DNA of 64,000 nucleotides, taken from the NCBI RefSeq assembly GCF_009914755.1, contig NC_060948.1, one strand, 5' to 3'. Shown here one piece after another: positions 57,718 through 64,000 of the stretch. The DNA comes from the human T2T-CHM13v2.0 reference genome, Homo sapiens. The first letter of the stretch is position 1. Each line of letters starts with the position of its first letter. A program made the position numbers and the translations under genes. The notes below the pieces were generated by a model that saw nothing but the letters and a program-made list of their open reading frames with translations, did not search any database and was not told the DNA's origin.

Positions 57718-60700
57718 TGGACTCGTTTGGAATGGTCTAGTATGCAATGCAATAGACTGGCAGGGAATCAAAAGGAATGTAATCGAATGGATTGGACTGG
57801 AATGCAATGGACTCGAATAGATTGGAAACGGAAAGCAAAGGAATGGAATGGAATAGTATGGAATGGAATGCAAAGGAATGGAGTGGAATAGACTAGAGTG
57901 GAATGGAATGGACTCGAAAGCAATGGACTGGAATGGAACTTTCTTGAATGGACTGGAATCAAACGGAATGGAATGCAATGCAATCAAATGGCATGGAATA
58001 AAATAGAATGAAAGAGAATCAAATGGAATTGAATCGAATGGAATCGAATGGATTGGAAAGGAATAGAATGGAATGGAATGGAATTGACTCAAATGGAATG
58101 GACTAGAATGGAATGGATTCGAATGGAAGGCAAAGGAATGGAATCTATTGGAATGGACTGTAATGGAATGGAATGGAAGGGATTGGAATGGACTCGAATG
58201 GAATGGAGTGCAGTAGAAAGGATTCGAATGGAATGAAAAAGAATTGAATGGAATAGAACAGAATGGAATCAAATCGAATGAAATGGAATGGAATAGAAAG
58301 GAATGGAATGAAATGGAATGGAAAGGATTCGAATGGAATGCAATCGAATGGAATGAAATCGAATGGAATGGAATCGAACGGAATGGAATAAAATGGAAGA
58401 AAACTGGCAAGAAATGGAATCGAAATGAATGGAGTGTTATGGAACGGACTCAAAAGGAATTGAATGTAATGGAATGGAGTGGAGTGGACTCGAATATAAT
58501 GGACTAGAATGGAATGAAATCACATGGAATGGGAACGAATGGAATGGAATTGAAAGGAATGGAATCGAATGGAAAGGAATCGAATGGAAGGGAATGAAAT
58601 TGAATCAACAGGAACGGAAGGGAGTAGAATAGACGGTAATGGAATGGACTCGAATAGAATGGACACGAATGCTCAAATTGAATGGACTCGAATGGAATGG
58701 CAACGAAAGGAATGTCATCGAATGGAATTGAATCGATTGGAATGAAATCACATAGAATGGAGTGGAATCAAATGGAATTGAATCGAAAGGAAAGGAAGCG
58801 AATGGACTGAAATGAAATGGAATGGAATTGAATGGAAATTAATGCAATGGAATAGAATGGAACGAAATTTCACGGAATGGAATCAAACTGAATGGAATCA
58901 AATCAATGGAATATAATCAAATGGAATGGAAAGGAATTGAATGGAGTAGATTGAATTGGATGGGATTGGAATGAAATGTACTGGAAAGGACTCGAATTTC
59001 ATGAAACGGAATGGAATGAATTAGAACGGAATGGACTCGAATGGAATGGAATGTCATGGAATGGCATCAAATGGAATGGAATCGAATGCGATGGAATGCT
59101 ATGGAATGGAATGGAATGCATTGCAGTGGAATGTCCTCTAATGGAATGTATTCGAGTGGAATGGAATCGAATATAATGGAGTCGAATGAAATGGAATTGA
59201 AAGGAATGGGACCGAATACAATGGAATATACTGGAATGTAATGTAATGAACTCGAATGTAATTGACTGGAATGGAATGTACATGAATGGAATGTAATCGA
59301 ATGGAAAGCAATCCAATGGAATAGAATCTAATGCAATAAAATCGACTCAAATAGAGTAGAATGTAATGGAATGGAGTGCAGTGCAATGGAATGGAATGGA
59401 ATGGAATGCAATGGAATGGAATGGAATGGAATGGGATGGAATGGTATGGAATGGATAGTAATGGACTGGAGTGAAATGGACTGGAAAAGAATGGACTCAA
59501 ATTGAAAGGGCTCGAAAGGAATGGAGTCAAATGGAATGGTCTGGAATGGAATGAACACGAATGTAATGCAATCCAATAGAATGGAATCGAATGGCATGGA
59601 ATATAAAGAAATGGAATCGAAGAGAATGGAAACAAATGGAATGGAATTGAATGGAATGGAATTGAATGGAATGGGAACGAATGGAGTGAAATTGTATGCA
59701 GTAGAAGAGAATAGAATGGAATGCAAGCGAAAGGAAAGGAATGGATTGGAATGGAATGGAATTCATTGGAATGGAAGGGAATGTAGTGTAATGGACAGGC
59801 CTGGAATAAAGTGGAATGCTACGGTCTCGAATGGAATAAAAATGTATGGAACGGAATGCAATGAAACGGAATCGAATGTCATAGAATGTAATGGAATGCA
59901 AAAAAATGGAATCCAAAATCATTGACTGGAAAGGCTGGGTGTCGAAAGGAATTGACTCCAATGGAATGGAATCGAATGGAATGGAAGTGAATAGAATGGA
60001 ACTAAATCGAATGGAATGGAATTGATAGGAACGGAATGGAAAGGAATGCAATGATTTGGCATGGAATGGAATCGAATGGCATCGAATGGAATGGAATGGA
60101 ATGCAATGGAATGGAATGTATTAGAATGTAATGAACTTTAATGGAATGTACTCGAATGGATTCGACTGGAATGGAATGTTCTCGAAGTGAATGGACTCCA
60201 ATGGAATGGATTCGAAAGGAATGGAATCTAATGGAATGGAATTAAATGGAAATGAATCAAATTGAATAGAACGGAATTGAATTGAATGGAATCGAATGCA
60301 ATGGAATCTAATGAAACGGAAAGGAAAGGAATGGAATGGATTGGAATGGAATGGGCTGGAATGGAATGGAATCGAAACGAATGGAATGGAATCGAACTGA
60401 AGAGACTGGAATGGAATGCACTGGAATGGAAGGGAATGTAATGGAAGGTTCTCGAAAAAAATGGAATCGAAAGGAATGGAACTGAATGGAACGGAATAGA
60501 GTCGAATGGAATTGAATGGAATGGAATGGACTAGAGTGAAATGGAATCGAACCACAAGGAATGGACAGGAATAGAATGGTCTCGAATTGAATGGAATCGT
60601 ATGGAATGGCATCAAACGGAATGGAATGGACGGCCACGGAATGGAATGCACTCGAATGCAATGGAGTCGAAACTAATGGACTGGAATAGAATGGACTCGA

Positions 60701-61246
60701 CTGGTACGGACTCCAATGGAATGGAATCGAATGGAAGGGAATCGAACGGAATGGACTCGAAGGGAAAAGACTGCAATGGAAAGGTCTCGAATGGAATGGA
60801 AATTAATGGAATGGAATGGAATCGAATGAAATGGAGTCAAAAGGAATGGAATCGAATGGCAAGAAATCGAATGTAATGGAATCGCAAGGAATTGATGTGA
60901 ACGGAACGGAATGGAATGGAATCCAAAGGAATGGAATAGAATGGAATGGAATCGAATGGAAAGGACTCGAATGGAAATCACTCGAATAGAATGCAATTTA
61001 ATAAAATAGGATCAAATGTAATGGAATGGAATGGAAAGGAATAGAAACGAAAGGAATGGAGACAGATGGAATGGAATGGAACAGAGAGCAATGGTATAGA
61101 ATGGAATGGAATCATCTGGAATGGAATTGAATGGAATGGAATAATATGAAATGGAATGGAATGGAATGGAATGCCCTTGAATTAAATGGACTGGAATGGA
61201 ATGGACTCGAACAGAGTGGAATGGAAAGTGTTGAAATAGAATGGAA
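57718..61246 (+). repeat. DYZ1 unit 3 (3529 bp)
   Basis: Landmark spacing 57726 to 61255. Confidence 0.9.
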
Positions 61247-64000
61247 TGGACTCGTTTGGAATGGTCTAGTATGCAATGCAATAGACTGGCAGGGAATCAA
61301 AAGGAATGTAATCGAATGGATTGGACTGGAATGCAATGGACTCGAATAGATTGGAAACGGAAAGCAAAGGAATGGAATGGAATAGTATGGAATGGAATGC
61401 AAAGGAATGGAGTGGAATAGACTAGAGTGGAATGGAATGGACTGGAAAGCAATGGACTGGAATGGAACTTTCTTGAATGGACTGGAATCAAACGGAATGG
61501 AATGCAATGCAATCAAATGGCATGGAATAAAATAGAATGAAAGAGAATCAAATGGAATTGAATCGAATGGAATCGAATGGATTGGAAAGGAATAGAATGG
61601 AATGGAATGGAATTGACTCAAATGGAATGGAGTAGAATGGAATGGATTCGAATGGAAGGCAAAGGAATGGAATCTATTGGAATGGACTGTAATGGAATGG
61701 AATGGAAGGGATTGGAATGGACTCGAATGGAATGGACTGCAGTAGAAAGGATTCGAATGGAATGAAAAAGAATTGAATGGAATAGAACAGAATGGAATCA
61801 AATCGAATGAAATGGAATGGAATAGAAAGGAATGGAATGAAATGGAACGGAAAGGATTCGAATGGAAAGCAATCGAATGGAATGCAATCGAATGGAATGG
61901 AATCGAACGGAATGGAATAAAATGGAAGAAAACTGGCAAGAAATGGAATCGAAATGAATGGAGTGTTATGGAACGGACTCAAAAGGAATTGAATGTAATG
62001 GAATGGAGTGGAGTGGACTCGAATATAATGGACTAGAATGGAATGAAATCACATGGAATGGGAACGAATGGAATGGAATGGAAAGGAATGGAATCGAATG
62101 GAAAGGAATCGAATGGAAGGGAATGAAATTGAATCAACAGGAATGGAAGGGAGTAGAATAGACGGTAATGGAATGGACTCGAATAGAATGGACACGAATG
62201 CTCAAATTGAATGGACTCGAATGGAATGGCAACGAAAGGAATGTCATCGAATGGAATTGAATCGATTGGAATGAAATCACATAGAATGGAGTGGAATCAA
62301 ATGGAATTGAATCGAAAGGAAAGGAAGCGAATGGACTGAAATGAAATGGAATGGAATTGAATGGAAATTAATGCAATGGAATAGAATGGAACGAAATTTC
62401 ACGGAATGGAATCAAACTGAATGGAATCAAATCAATGGAATATAATCAAATGGAATGGAAAGGAATTGAATGGAGTAGATTGAATTGGATGGGATTGGAA
62501 TGAAATGTACTGGAAAGGACTCGAATTTCATGAAACGGAATGGAATGAATTAGAACGGAATGGACTCGAATGGAATGGAATGTCATGGAATGGCATCAAA
62601 TGGAATGGAATCGAATGCGATGGAATGCTATGGAATGGAATGGAATGCATTGGAGTGGAATGTCCTCTAATGGAATGTATTCGAGTGGAATGGAATCGAA
62701 TATAATGGAGTCGAATGAAATGGAATTGAAAGGAATGGGACCGAATACAATGGAATATACTGGAATGTAATGTAATGAACTCGAATGTAATTGACTGGAA
62801 TGGAATGTACATGAATGGAATGTAATCGAATGGAAAGCAATCCAATGGAATAGAATCTAATGCAATAAAATCGACTCAAATAGAGTAGAATGTAATGGAA
62901 TGGAGTGCAGTGCAATGGAATGGAATGGAATGGAATGCAATGGAATGGAATGGAATGGAATGGGATGGAATGGTATGGAATGGATAGTAATGGACTGGAG
63001 TGAAATGGACTGGAAAAGAATGGACTCAAATTGAAAGGGCTCGAAAGGAATGGAGTCAAATGGAATGGTCTGGAATGGAATGAACACGAATGTAATGCAA
63101 TCCAATAGAATGGAATCGAATGGCATGGAATATAAAGAAATGGAATCGAAGAGAATGGAAACAAATGGAATGGAATTGAATGGAATGGAATTGAATGGAA
63201 TGGGAACGAATGGAGTGAAATTGTATGCAGTAGAAGAGAATAGAATGGAATGCAAGCGAAAGGAAAGGAATGGATTGGAATGGAATGGAATTCATTGGAA
63301 TGGTAGGGAATGTAGTGTAATGGACAGGCCTGGAATAAAGTGGAATGCTACGGTCTCGAATGGAATAAAAATGTATGGAACGGAATGCAATGAAACGGAA
63401 TCGAATGTCATAGAATGTAATGGAATGCAAAAAAATGGACTCCAAAATCATTGACTGGAAAGGCTGGGTGTCGAAAGGAATTGACTCCAATGGAATGGAA
63501 TCGAATGGAATGGAAGTGAATAGAATCGAACTAAATCGAATGGAATGGAATTGATAGGAACGGAATGGAAAGGAATGCAATGATTTGGCATGGAATGGAA
63601 TCGAATGGCATCGAATGGAATGGAATGGAATGCAATGGAATGGAATGTATTAGAATGTAATGAACTTTAATGGAATGTACTCGAATGGATTCGACTGGAA
63701 TGGAATGTTCTCGAAGTGAATGGACTCCAATGGAATGGATTCGAAAGGAATGGAATCTAGTGGAATGGAATTAAATGCAAATGAATCAAATTGAATAGAA
63801 CGGAATTGAATTGAATGGAATCGAATGCAATGGAATCTAATGAAACGGAAAGGAAAGGAATGGAATGGATTGGAATGGAATGGGCTGGAATGGAATGGAA
63901 GCGAAACGAATGGAATGGAATCGAACTGAAGAGACTGGAATGGAATGCACTGGAATGGAAGGGAATGTAATGGAAGGTTCTCGAAAAAAATGGAATCGAA
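61247..64000 (+). repeat. DYZ1 unit 4 (partial, near-identical to unit 3)
   Basis: Offset of 3529 from unit 3 at every landmark checked (AGGCCT 59797/63326; ORF pairs 59521/63050 and 58976/62505). Confidence 0.9.

Larger units (their letters stand above)
51380..64000 (+). repeat. DYZ1: DYZ1 / HSat3 (GGAAT)n satellite array with ~3.55-kb unit; continues past window end
   Basis: Degenerate GGAAT pentamers. Landmark tttggaatggtctagtatgc at 51388, 54167, 57726 and 61255. AGGCCT at 56243, 59797 and 63326, each with an upstream GAATTC. The reverse complement reads CCTGTCCATTACACTACATTCCCTTCCATTCCAATGAATTCC, which I recognise as DYZ1. Confidence 0.96.

Noticed and set aside
51430-63580. Many MEWNG.../FHSIP... 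ORFs up to 275 aa
   Set aside because: These are translations of (GGAAT)n/(ATTCC)n, whose pure repeat has no stop codon; they are typical spurious satellite ORFs.

Overview
Non-coding human satellite heterochromatin, recognisable as Yq12, spanning a boundary between two arrays. Bases 1-51379 are a DYZ2/HSat1B tandem array with a unit of about 2.42 kb: a 292-bp minus-strand Alu fragment, an approximately 580-bp HSATI block and about 1.55 kb of AT-rich sequence. It holds 20 complete Alu copies plus one partial. Bases 51380-64000 are a DYZ1/HSat3 (GGAAT)n array with a unit of about 3.55 kb. No credible protein-coding gene, RNA gene or CRISPR array is present, and the ORFs in the track are by-products of the repeats. 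Points worth follow-up: (1) three perfect heat-shock elements per DYZ1 unit, all 12 intact; (2) a stepwise series of increasingly TA-pure DYZ2 units toward the array edge; (3) an Alu-less fused DYZ2 unit at 45641; (4) a 171-bp templated direct/inverted insertion at about 37.44-37.62 kb; (5) a base-sharp DYZ2/DYZ1 junction followed by a DYZ1 unit missing about 680 bp; (6) two interleaved DYZ2 haplotype classes and recent single-unit duplications; (7) a SOX-type palindrome and TCF/NR4A-type motifs in the HSATI blocks. Family names come from recognising the sequence, not from a database search. I found no evidence of a new gene-encoded system.
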